From Camelus ferus (Eukaryota), in contig NC_045696.1 of NCBI RefSeq assembly GCF_009834535.1, positions 101,806,001 through 101,870,000 of the forward strand: a DNA stretch of 64,000 nt, written 5' to 3'. The notes beneath the pieces are model-generated. The model was not told the DNA's origin, searched no databases, and was given only the letters and a program-made list of their open reading frames with translations. The translations under genes and the position numbers were made by a program. Of the stretch, positions 26,501 to 38,248 are shown in pieces (within the stretch, counting starts at the first letter, position 1; the number at the start of each line of letters is the position of its first letter).

Positions 26501-29439
26501 CTTCCCTTAGAGCTAGATAAGCTACTGTAAGCTAGTAAAACTATATCCAACCATGGGAAGAGAGTTGTACTTCCGTATCATTTCATATCAGGAAATCTGT
26601 ATTTCAGATCTGTCTGTATAGCCTTACATAAAGTATGTCCATAATGTATCTTATATTTAATACCATTCATGTTTCTTTTCAAGGCTTAAAAGAAACTTCA
26701 GGTTTTTATTGTTTCTTAAAATCAGCAAGAGGCAAGTTTAATGGGTTAAATTAATATATAATTTTCAGTTCTTTAGTACCTTATAAAAAGAGATTTTTTT
26801 TAAATGTTTATTTTGGAAGCATGTTTACTACATTGGAACCTTTGTTAAGAATAGTTTGATGAATTCAGTTCAAAAGATTTTTTTTCCCCAAATAGTTAAT
26901 TTGGGGGAAATATAAGAAAAATCCAGTTTGTCACCAGCTGTCCAAAAATTCAGTAAGTAGCTCCCTCTCCTGGAAAAAAAAAGTGAATTCCTCTTTTAAG
27001 CTGTAAAACACACACTTGTACCCTTAATAATATTTTTTAAAGATATATAAACCCCAAAATATACACAGAGAGCACAATTTGAGTGAGTTTGCCTACCATT
27101 ATCAATTAATACCCCATTACTACCATAAACAGCTATTAACAGTTTCACAGAAACTTGTATAAATACTAAAATTATGTATGTTTGTCTAGCTGACAGAAAG
27201 TAATAAATAATAAACATCATGATTTGACTTCTTATATAACAATCTTTGTATTGGATCCAGAATTCTGAGATTCTTTTTACTTTACTGATTTTACACTGTC
27301 ATCGAACCTTAATTATATTGTTCATACTTCACTCACTAGTTTTTTACCAAAGATGAAGTTGTTCTACAAGGACAGTAGCAGCTCTATGAAGACCTTTCAT
27401 TTAAAAATAAGTCTACTTATTCTACTTGCTGTTCATCAGGTAAAAACTAAACATACCAATATGAATGACTAGTGCTAAAGACCTCAAATTTATATTTCAT
27501 ACAGCATGTAAGCAGTTACAAAACTGGGTTGACTAAATTAAAAATTCAATTTTCAAGTGTCACAGTGAACAATGTTGATACATATATATCCTCACAAAGA
27601 AAAATTCTTATCCTATAACCCATCTAGCCACCCACTCAGAGCAATTGTGTCACTAAGTTTAAATTACAAAAATAACTGTGATTTTGTTTAAAGCTGTTTA
27701 TCACTACAGATGAAAACAGGAAGAAAGACTAAGCTTAGGGAAAGAGTTAATCATAAAATAAGATACAAGCATGCTTGACTATCTCAGTAATAAACTGAAA
27801 AAGCCAAGACAATGTCAAACTTCAAAAAATATAAAAGCTTCCCAAATAAGGCAGATTTACTTTAGTGTACATCAAATGCCAAAGTTTCTCATATTTAAAT
27901 GCCAAATGTTTATAGAACTGGATATATAACACTCTTAAAATACTGGTTCTAATATTCGTTGTTTCTAACACATACTCATAACAATACTCAGAATTACTTG
28001 ATAAAAACCGTTCAATATGCATACACAATTATAGATGCAGAAAATGTGTATTACTAAGATAACTCCCTACTAAGTTTTTGAGTCCCAGAGAATTTGACAG
28101 ACTAACTCAGCAAACTATACTGCTAAAGCATTCCCCAGAGATCAACTGTATTAACATAAACATCTATTTCTCAAAGAGAAAGGCATTATAAGTGAAAAAA
28201 AAAAAGTTTCAAATCAAACATATATACCATAAATATGGACTTACACTTTAGAGTTTTGAAAGTACCAAATAAAGTAATTTCTCCCAGGGAAGTTTATCCA
28301 GTTTTATATACCATTCACTGTTAAAAAGAGCAGCATTTAATACACAGTCTGTACTTTAAGTGACCCATTACATACAACCTATAATGCCTTAAAATTTACT
28401 AAGATCAACACTAAAGTTTTGTTTGAGGCAAAATATTTATTTTGTGTTAAAATTATTTAGCTGCACTAATCAAACAAAACTGGTTTCTCTTAGCTAAGCT
28501 AGGCAGTGGAGAACTTGAGAAAAGAAAGCTGTAATGTAACAAATACTGCACATTCCTATTCATGTACTTTAGATTTAAACAATATAACCCTCTACAAACC
28601 TCCCGGCCATTAGTGACACTCTTAGCAGCACAGACACGGAGTGAAATATACCAAAATTACTTGTGATTAATTGTAAATCATTTTTCCCCCTTGCATTTGA
28701 AGTACAGCACAACAGGTATGGAAAAGGGGCAAGGTAACTTTCCCTGCGTTATCAGGAGAGATCACAATCCCCAGCTGCAATCACTACCCAAGGACACCGC
28801 ACTAAAGGGGAGTGGTGGGAATGTGTATAAACTCAGTCACTATTCCCAAGGAAAACACAGTTGGGGGGGGTTGTTTTCTTTTTTGCTGTCACCAGTATAA
28901 AAGACCCCAACCTACTCCCTTAAAAGGCACATTTGCTTTCAAAATAAAGTCATGAGAGAGCCTATAAGTCAATTAGGAGAAAGGTGAGACTCTCCTTTCT
29001 CTATTTCTCCTGGCCCTAACATTTCATCTCCTTCCTGCAGCCAAATTACCAAAGGAATAGGGCAGGTCACAGGATCAGGATGAAAATGTATTGGCCTTAA
29101 ACCTTCGCAGCCCCATGTCCAACGATGCCTTAGTTTTTCCTCTTCCTAATCCCATTCAAAGCACGGCTCAAGGATTAATCTCACCCTGGCCCACGGTCCC
29201 CATTCTCTGACCTCATCCTCCCGAGTTCGTCCCCAAATTAGCTGCCTCAATGATCTGCCAGGTGAAAGAGCTCAGGAATAAAACAAAGAAAGACTTTGAG
29301 GCCGAAGTTAAACCAGCCACACAGGTACTAAAAGGGAGAGCAAATGCGGTGTAGAAACACTTGAGAAGAACTAAGGAAGGTCCAAGGGCTCCTGAACAGA
29401 CTGAGTTGTGGAATTGCAAGCCCTGGCGGATCAAAGCAG

Positions 29440-31920
29440 AAAGGGAGGGAGGAGAGCCGAAGGAACTCGCGGGAGAGACATTTTGGGAGTGTACAAGACG
29501 CGCTCCCTCTGGCGTTGAGGGATCCGCAGTCAGATCCGAGATTGCGCCCGCGTCTAGGTGACAAGAGCAGACTCTCCACCAGTCGCGACGCCCACCGCCA
29601 CCCCGCACAGCGCCCAGGGGTCCCCCAGCGTCGCCCCCTTCCCATGCCCGCCGCCTGGTCTCGCCGGGCCGGGTCCAGACTGGGAAACGCGCGAGGGCGG
29701 GGCCGCTTCTCCCAACTCCCGTTCCCCTCCCGGCCCTCCCGGCAGGACGCCCCCAGCCCGGGCTCCACGCCTACCTGTAGCACCAGCGGCTCGGGGTTGA
29801 AGGCCAGGGTCAGCAGCAGCTGCATGCGCTCCGAGTCCTTGAGGTTGCGGAGTAGGAAGCTGCCAGAGTCCTTGGTCTCAGCGTAGCGGCGCACCAGGCG
29901 GTCGAGCAGGCGCTGAGAGGGGCAGTGCACCAGGTCGGACCAGCCCTCCACCGCCTCGGGCGTGAGCAGCCGCACGTCGCCGTTGAGGCGCGCGAACTCG
30001 GTGCGGGGCATGGCCTGGAGCAGGTCGCAGCGGGGCCGGCCGGTGGCCCGCTTGCAGATGCTCTGGTCGAGCTGCGCCAGCTCGCGCTGCGAGCCGAGGC
30101 GCTTGAGCACCACTCGGCGGCGGCCGCCCTCCCGGGGCTCGCCGTACTGTGCGAAGTAGACGTTCTTCACGTTGAGGAAGTCCAGCAGGCGCAAGCGGCC
30201 CCACGCCTCGAACACCACCTGCCCGTTGAGAAAGCGACGGCACCAGCTCGTGCCGAAGCACGCCGGGCACTTATTGAGCTGCAGGAAACGCCGGTCGGCC
30301 AGCTCGTTCCGCTGCCAGGAGGCGAGCAGCGACGGCGAGTGCATCACCATCAGCACCAACAGGCTGCCCAGCGCCGCCAGCTTCAGCGAGCGGGACAGGC
30401 GGCCCAGCTTCGGGGGCACCAGGCGCCACATCCCGCCCGCCGCCCGTCCGCACCCGGAGGGCGAGGGCACCCCCGGGGCGCCCCCGCCGCGCCGAAACCT
30501 GGAGAGCGACCGGCAGGGGCCCCCGGGCGAGAGAAGGAGCGAGGGCGCGGGTTGGGGCGGGAGGCAGAGTAGGTGTGTGAAGAGAGACGGGGAGCGGGAA
30601 GGAACCGACCAGAGCAGGCTGCGACTTCTCCCAGTCACTAGTCTCCACAACTCTCGAGCTCCCTCCTCCGAGCTCCCCGCCCTCCTACTCCGGCGGCGCC
30701 TCCTCCGAGCCAGCCAAGTTATAGAGCAGCGAGAGGGGGAGGGAGCGCGGGGACCTGACGGCCACGCGCACGCGTGCGCGCACGCGCACTGCTCGCTCTG
30801 GCGCGAGAGCTGCGGCGGGGCTGGCCGCCCGCGGGGCGAACGAGGTCTCTAAGAGGGAAAGAGGGACTCACGGAAGGGAAAGAGAAGCTGGAATATCTCA
30901 CACCGAAAAGTAGCAACAGTGTAGAAAGGTGGGAAGGAAGAGGTGCCCGCGCGTCCCTGACGCCGCACGCCCCAGTTCGTGCGCGCTGGCTCTCCAGAGG
31001 GAGGGGGCCCGGGGGCGTGGCTGGCGGGGCGCAGCCAGCGCGTCGCGCGCCGCCCGGAAAGCGTAAGCGCGGGCTCCCGGGGGCGGCTTTGAGGGGCCGG
31101 CTCTGTGGGGGCGGAGCTGAGCTTCTGGAGGCAGGGTAAACTCGTGAGCTCTTGTGGTGAAATTACTTTTAGTAATAGTTAATCTTTTATGATTGTTGAC
31201 TTTTACTGGGGCCTGTCTTTTGTCTTTGTGGAAACATTCTCTTGGCGGGGGAGGAGAAATAAACTGAGAAAGCCTACTGCAACCCTTTCGTCTGCGCGGC
31301 GCGCGCCGTGTGGCGGCAGAGTGGGCGGGGCGGCGTGCTCCCCGCGCCTTATTCGGGTGGGGCGCGCGCCTGGGGGCGGGGCGAGACCGCCAGAGTGAGC
31401 TCGCTTTCCCCGGGGCCCGCGCGCCAGGCCCCCGGGGGCGGCCCAGCCGGGGAAAACGTGGGAAACGCGTGAGGGGTGGCAGGCCGTTTGTGGGCTTCAT
31501 CTTTGGCGACTGTCACATCTGTGGAGGCCTCTTAAATTACCCTGACTGGGCACGGAAAAAACGAAGTCCGCGAGACACCATGTTACAAAAAGGAAAGTAG
31601 GATGAAGAGGGAACTGACGCGGCGGGGTCGCCGGGAGTTCTGCCCTAAACACTGCGAAGAAGCGGGGACGAGCAGTTGGCTTGCTCTCCGCCAGCCTTCC
31701 CAGCCCAGCCCCGAAGCCGTTTCCTTCAACTCGGGGAAGCGAACGTCCCGGCGCCGCCCCTGAGGGTCCCTGAGGCGCGCGGGCGGCCACCTCTGCCCTT
31801 TCCCTCAGGCTCGGGCCTGCCCCGCGGGCCGCGACGCGTTGCTGCGGCGGTAGCCATGGGCGCCCGGGGCCGCCGGGTGCTCCACACACAGGCACCTTGG
31901 CTCCGATTCACGCCAGACAG
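29440..31920. promoter_or_regulatory. CpG island covering the DIPK2A promoter, 5' UTR and exon 1
   Basis: Abrupt switch to very GC- and CpG-rich sequence. GC boxes (GGGCGG) near 31108, 31323 and 31373. NRF1-like GCGCACGCGCA at 30778-30788. Confidence 0.92.
29775..30431 (-). CDS. DIPK2A: DIPK2A coding exon 1 (aa 1-219): N-terminal hydrophobic signal/anchor, Cys-rich region, start of the divergent kinase domain
   Basis: ATG at 30431 (context gcgggcgggATGt) translates MWRLVPPKLGRLSRSLKLAALGSLLVLMVMHSPSLLASWQ...KCPACFGTSWC...VVLKRLG...AFNPEPLVLQ, which I recognise as DIPK2A/C3orf58. Ends at donor CAG|GTAGGC, 657 nt, phase 0. Confidence 0.97.
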
Positions 31921-33537
31921 AAAATAACTCGGAAATGCTGAACTACAGCGCCTTGTTTGAGTATAAGTTTTAGAGGACCCAGACGCTACAATAGCTGAAA
32001 TATGTAATTATCATGCTTGTTAGTTTTAGCGCGAGAATAGTTGAAATGAGGGGTAGTTATTCTGATGGACGAGTGATTCCTGATGTGATATTAAATATCT
32101 GGGGTTTTAACTGAGTTAATTGTAGGGACTGAACAGTGATTTTTAGAAGACCCATTTACTGGCATGTATAAATCAATTCTGAGGAACTTAATGAGAAACG
32201 TCTATACTGGATTGTCAGATTCATTTCTGAGTTCTAAGCAGCTGTTTGATTGTAAAAGGCAGAGCCATTCTCTTGAGAAGAATTGTTGAAGTCAGTGTTT
32301 TCACCTTCGTGATGTAAGAATTCAAACTAAAATAAAACCTTTGTACAATTTATATTCAACATAGAAGTGATCTTTAAATGATGTTGCAGTGACTACAGAC
32401 AAACCAGTCTGTAGAAGATTTAGTCTTCAAAGCCTGTAGAAAGTGACTGCTTAAGAAATTTGACTACTAAAACGAGGGACTTTTTGCCACCTTTGGCAGA
32501 AATTTGTTTAACTTGCCTTCAAAGCATCCCAGAATTCCATACAATGTGAAGTTGTGAGTAAAATCTCAAATGAGGATTTTGAAAGAAAAGAGTTTGGTAT
32601 GATTTATCTGGAGGTGTCAGCTATACCATTGCTGCTGCTGCTGCTGCTGCAGCTGAATTGTAAACTAGGCAAGTTATTACTAAACTACAAATTTCTTATC
32701 CCTAACATCTTTTCTACCTGGCCTGTAGATCTGTTCAATTAATACTAGGTAATTTATGTGGAATTGCTTTAAAACAATAAAAGCACTACATATGTGTTTA
32801 TATTTATAGTTAGAGTGAATGATTCCATTGTCGTTCTTGCCAGTGATTAAGCTGAGGAAATTGAAGCATAATGAGAGACTAGGGGACCAGTAACAGGATT
32901 AAAGAGGTATTGCTTCTATGTATAGAAAAGATCTCTGGAGTTCTTAAACTATTTTCAGCCTCCAAATCTTTGGAATTGTATAGGTATCATTTGAAGAGTA
33001 GAAATAAAAAAAGGTTATTAACCTGTAAGTTGAATATTGAAAAATACTTGCTTTGTATCTAAATATTTTACATTTGTTTAAAAGCCCTGATATTTCTTTT
33101 CAGTTAAGTTTTCTAGACTTTTATCAAGAAAGGTAGTCTTCAAGAACTTAATACATTCCTCAAGGTGGTGGAGGGGAGGGCAGGAGGCTTAGAGCTATAT
33201 GGAATAACTCAGAATGTCCTAAAGTACCATGTAAGGGTTTAGAAAAAGATCAGTAAATGAATGCTAATGTACATTACCCACCTATCTATAAACTACAGAA
33301 TGCTTTTGCCTAATGGATTATAAGCTAATACCCAAATTTCTTCCCTGTAAATTTAATTAATGACAGTTAATGTGATTTCCAGTACATTGTAAAATGTCAA
33401 TTTACAATAGCTCTTTTAAATGTATGTAATGGAATTGAATATCATGCTATTTTAATATGCGTCATATGTTTTTTAAAAATGAGCTAGCTCTTTGACAGTC
33501 AAACTTTTACATTACATTGCTATTATATCTCCTACAG

Positions 33538-33759
33538 CAGTGGTACTCATGGAATATAGCCTCGTGGTGTGAGGGTGGGGACATTTGGCAATATCTGGAA
33601 ACATTTTTGGTGTCATAAATAGGAAGTGGGGGCTATTGGCATCTAGTGGGAAGCGTCCAGGATTATTGCAAAATAGCCTGCATTGTGCAAGGCAATTCCC
33701 AACAAAAAAGAATTAACCAGCACAAAATGTCAATAGTGCTGTGCTATTGAGAAACTCTG
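33538..33759. mobile_element. MER20 hAT-Charlie element with 8-bp TSD
   Basis: ggggacatttggcaatatctggaaacattttt...aaatgtcaatagtgct...ttgagaaactctg. TSD tcctacag (33530-33537) / acctacag (33760-33767). Confidence 0.85.
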
Positions 33760-36349
33760 ACCTACAGAATTCTACTGTTAGGTAGTATGGTTTTAGGCAT
33801 GAGAGTCTTATTGGTTATTATTTCTTTCCTGCAGCAAAAAAAAAAAAAAGTGTAGATACACATTTATTGCATATCTTGTGATCATAATATTCTGAACATT
33901 GTCAACTCAGAAAAATTTATCATTATAACTGTTATTAGTATACAGCTAATCAAAATATAAGTATCAACTTTGAATATTATAAAAAGTAATATTGAAATAC
34001 ATTTCTTAAGAAATTGGGCTTTTTATCATTTAGGTAAAGCTTTCTTGGATGAGTATTATTTATTGCTAGAATCTGATAGAGTTCAATATCAATTCTTTTT
34101 CTCTTTTTCAGTTTTAGAGATGAAAAGGCTAAATAAAACATCTTGTTCGTTTAAGTTGAGAGGAGTAAAAAGAATATTATACATTAATGTCGTCCAGTAC
34201 TTTTTATTCCTTCAGTGTTGTTTGCCAAAGATCATTAGTGACATTGATCTATCAGAATATCCTTAATGACATATCGATTAGGCTCTCCAGTTTAGTTTGG
34301 TTTGGAAGCAAAGCATTGGAATCCCGACTTGGAAAATGATTCCTTATTGAGTTAACTTTCTCAGTATTGACTGTTTAGTGCCCTGGCAGTTATTTAATGG
34401 AACAATGCATCATAGTAAATTTAGAATGGTTAAGAGATATTCCTTTTGTAAAGACCAAAAGGGCAATACTCTGTGTTCTTAAGTGCCCCGAACAGTGTCT
34501 GATTTAAGTGGTTGTTTATTTGTAATTGTTGGATGCTTAGATGGATGAACAATTGAAACAATGAACACTTTAGGATTAAATATTATTGGGACAATTCAAA
34601 CTAGAAATGACAGCTGATAATAAAGAAGCTGTTGAGAACATTCTCGATATATTCCAAAAACAAATCTAACAGTTTACACAAGGTTTGGATGTGAGAGAAG
34701 AAAAAGCATCAGCTATCACTGTATGGTTTTTGTCCTAAACTACTAGAAGAGTTACAATTTACTGAGATGGGGAAGATTGAAGGAAACGGAAGAGGAAGAT
34801 AACAAGTAAAATTTTTCACATCTATTTTTTTCAGTGCCACATTTGTGTTTCTAAACTTAATTTAGCTGTTGAACCTATAGTTATCTATTAAAGTATAAAT
34901 ATTATTTTCAGTCTAATTAAAAGACTTATACAGTCATTTTCCCACAAAATGTTAGTCTTTTCCCTGTTTCTAACACCAATGCCTAGAATTTAAACACTTG
35001 ACAATGTCAGTTGTAACTCTTCTACTAAGTAATGTTAATTATCTGGTTTATGTACATTAGATATACCTTAAGGACAGGTTTTATAGTTAAAAGATGTTCA
35101 ATGTTTCAATAGAATTCTAAGTACATGTTATTCTATTTTAAATAAATTTTTAATCAATAACGCTATACACAGGTATTTTTTGACTGGCTTAATATCAAAC
35201 AGTTGACTCCATTGGATATGAAAATAGACTTCTCAATTTCACAAACACCAAACCATGATTTTGTCTTTGAGAATTGAATCATAGAGTTTTCTGACTTGGT
35301 TAGAATAATTCAAATGAGTTCAAATGCAACTGCAGTTTATAACTCTTGACTCATGTTAATTCAAATTAACATGCAATGTTGCACAGTTTTCTACATTGAC
35401 TATGCTAATCCAGAGAAGCACATTTTTCTCTTAGTAAATTTTTAATAATTCTGTTTTTTTTCCAGTTTGTTTTAGCAGAGAAAATAAGATACGCAAAGAC
35501 AAAAAAATTAATACCACTTCAGTGAGAGGTCACTTATATATCCAATTGTTAAGATCTTTTGAAAAGTAAAACCAAAACCTATGTAAATGAACATTATTAT
35601 TATCTATTTTGAGTTGGCATACATACTGAAAATGCCCGTTATTCAGTTCCACCCAAGTACAAGATTCTGTAGGTTTGGGTTCTCAGTCTAGTGGAGGAGA
35701 CAGATACATACATACTAAATTTTATTACATGTTTGTGATAAATACTGAGATATAAGCAAATATTAAAGTGTCATAACAAATTCCTGTAGCTACAGACATT
35801 ATCTTTGCATTGATAGCACTCTTCTTAGGAGAGTAGGTTTTGTGCACTAGGGTAATTTTGCTTCTTTTTTTCTTGACAGTTTATTTTCCTCATAAGCCTC
35901 ACATGCTATGTCTCCTACTCTTTGAATCTACTGGCTTATGCAAGTGATGTTCCTGCCACCTCTGCTGGATGATGACAGCTGCAGCCTACTGCTCTTCTCT
36001 CTAAGCAAGCATTCCAGAAAGCTTGGAGAACCCCAACTGCCCTTTTCAGAGCTACAGCATCTTCTGGGTAGCTAAAGCTCAGACTTCTAAGTATGGATCC
36101 CTTCGTGGAAACCACAGTTTAGGTAAAAAACCTGCCATAGTCTCCACCGTAATGGCTGTGCCAGGTAAAAAGATCAGCCACAGCTGAGGAAGGCTATTTA
36201 CATTTTGTACTTGGATATCAAACATAGTGTGTATTTAGTATTAATAATTATGTGGTTGAGATATGTTGACTTTTTTGTTTTTTTCCTTATAGCAAGGTTT
36301 ATAAACACTGTAGGTAAGTAATCAAGAATTGCCATTTTCAAACCTAAAG

Positions 36350-37347
36350 ATTCTGGTCACCAATTCTTGTGTGGGAAGTATATGTGCATGGGAGGGCATT
36401 GCTTGCATCAACAAGCAATTCTTCGACACCAGCTTAGTGTCCTACAATTTAACTCAATTCTGACACCATCAGATTCCATAGATTAAGGGCACAGTCCCAT
36501 AAGATTGTCCTTCACTTCAGAAGAAAATTATGAGCCCAGGTTGTTACCTGTGCATCGGATGACCAGCTACAAATCAGAGGTTCCCTGGACCCCTCCTTAG
36601 GTTACACGGTAGGGGGTCAGTCCTACAAGACTCTCCCTCCCACTTCACAAGCCTGTTGTAAGTCCAGGTTATCATCTATGCTTCTCACCCTGTGCCTTCC
36701 TTGGGTTTGATTAATTTGCTAAAGCAGCTCACAAAACTCAGAGGAACATTTTATTCACTAGATTACTGGTTTATTATAAAAGAATATAACTCAGGAACAG
36801 CCAGATAGAAGAGATACATAGGCAATGTATGGGAAAAGGGCTCAGAACTTCTATGCCCTCCTCAAGTGTGCACTCCCCTAGACTCTACATGTTCACCAAC
36901 CCAGGAATTCACTGAACCCTATCCTTTTAGGGTTTTATGAAGCCCTCTCATTACATAGTCACAGCTGATAAAATCATTGGCCTTTGGTGATTGGTTCAAC
37001 CTCCAGCCCCGTTCCTCTTCCCTCTCCCGTTATCAAGGGGTAGGACTGAAAGTTCCAACCCTCTATTCAGGTGGGTTCCCCTGGCAACCAGCAGCATCCT
37101 TATGTGCTTTGCAAAAATCACCTGATTAACATAAACCCAGTTGTAGTAGAAGGGAGGTATTTATGAATAACAGGACACCCATTTCACCGTGATGGCTCCT
37201 AAGTGATTTCAATAACTGCAGACAAAAGACCAAATACTATAACAAAAGGTGTTCACATTGCTCTCTGCTCAGGAAATTCCAAGGTTTGGAACCAGGTCAG
37301 GAACCTAAGACCAAATATGTATTTCTTATTATAAATCACAATATCAT
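36350..37347 (-). mobile_element. MER21-family LTR
   Basis: caacaagcaattcttcgacaccagc...aactcaattctgacac...ttaatttgctaaagcagctcacaaaactcag...aaatcacaatatca. It is the reverse-complement counterpart of the element at 40021-41400. Confidence 0.7.
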
Positions 37348-37601
37348 AGGTACTAACTGGTGATGTCTTATCATCTAGTATAATCTAATTACACACTATA
37401 CCCAGTAGAACTGAGTTCAGAATAGATGTAACTGATTCACTGGTCTTTGTGATTTGACAGACCGTCTACTACTTTTCTGTCCTCCTTGTGCTGCTATATA
37501 TTTTCTGTGGAAAGTAGATTGATATGCAGGGTGTTTTCCATTTCCCTCCCCCTGCCCTCACCCTCAGGAAATAGTAAAGCTCTAGTTATTTTTTGAGAAG
37601 T

Positions 37602-38248
37602 TGTTACTGAACCAAATTTGGGTCCACTTGCCTGCCTCACAGCAAAGCCAATCTACTGACACTGGGTTGTAGTGAAGGAAAGTACAGCATTTATTTGCAG
37701 GGACCCAAGCCAGGAGAAAGGGTAGCTTGTGCTTAAAAGACCCAAACTCCTGGATGACATTCAGGGAAGGGTTTTTAAAGGCAATGTTTTGGGTGAGAGT
37801 TGCAGCTTGTGGACTTTCTTCTGATAGCTTGGTGATGCAGTAACAGGGTGACCTTTCAGGAATCTTAACCAGCAACCTGGTTCCATCCAGTCTGGGATCT
37901 ATGGCTTGTGGTCATCATGTTATCACCATCTTCCATCTGGTTGGGGGTATTAGTCTCTACAGAACAACTCAAAGATATGCATCTGATTGTTACGTATATC
38001 CTTTGAGGAAGAACTAGGGTTTTATTTTATCACTGAATTATTGTTTAGGCTGTTATTACTTATCTAGCTTAACTGCTGTTCCTTTGTTTCTGCATTCCCT
38101 CACTTTCCTAATTAGTAATGATTTGAGTTTGCTCTTTGGAACTGTGGGAAATCCTGGGAGACTGAAGCTTTTTTCTGCAATCAAGAAAAAAGAGACAGGG
38201 AGAGGCTTTTGTATCCAGGAAGGCCCCAAAGGGTCCTGCTCAGTTTGA
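37602..38248 (-). mobile_element. ERV1-type solo LTR with 4-bp TSD
   Basis: Starts TGTTACTGAACC and ends ...ctcagtttGA (degenerate CA). AAGT flanks both sides (37598-37601, 38249-38252). Minus-strand AATAAA near 37689-37694. Confidence 0.75.

Noticed and set aside
29328..29774. C-terminal part of the 440-aa ORF (VGVEPGLGASC...)
   Set aside because: Read-through past the exon 1 donor into GC-rich intron. The spliced 430-aa product explains the homology.
29515..31927. Many long overlapping ORFs on both strands (215, 226, 200 aa etc.)
   Set aside because: Low-complexity Arg/Pro/Gly/Ala translations, many with GTG/TTG starts, as expected from stop-codon scarcity in a CpG island and antisense to a GC3-rich exon.
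32631..32652. (CTG)n run giving a poly-Leu ORF
   Set aside because: Short microsatellite beside a MIR-like fragment with no coding evidence.
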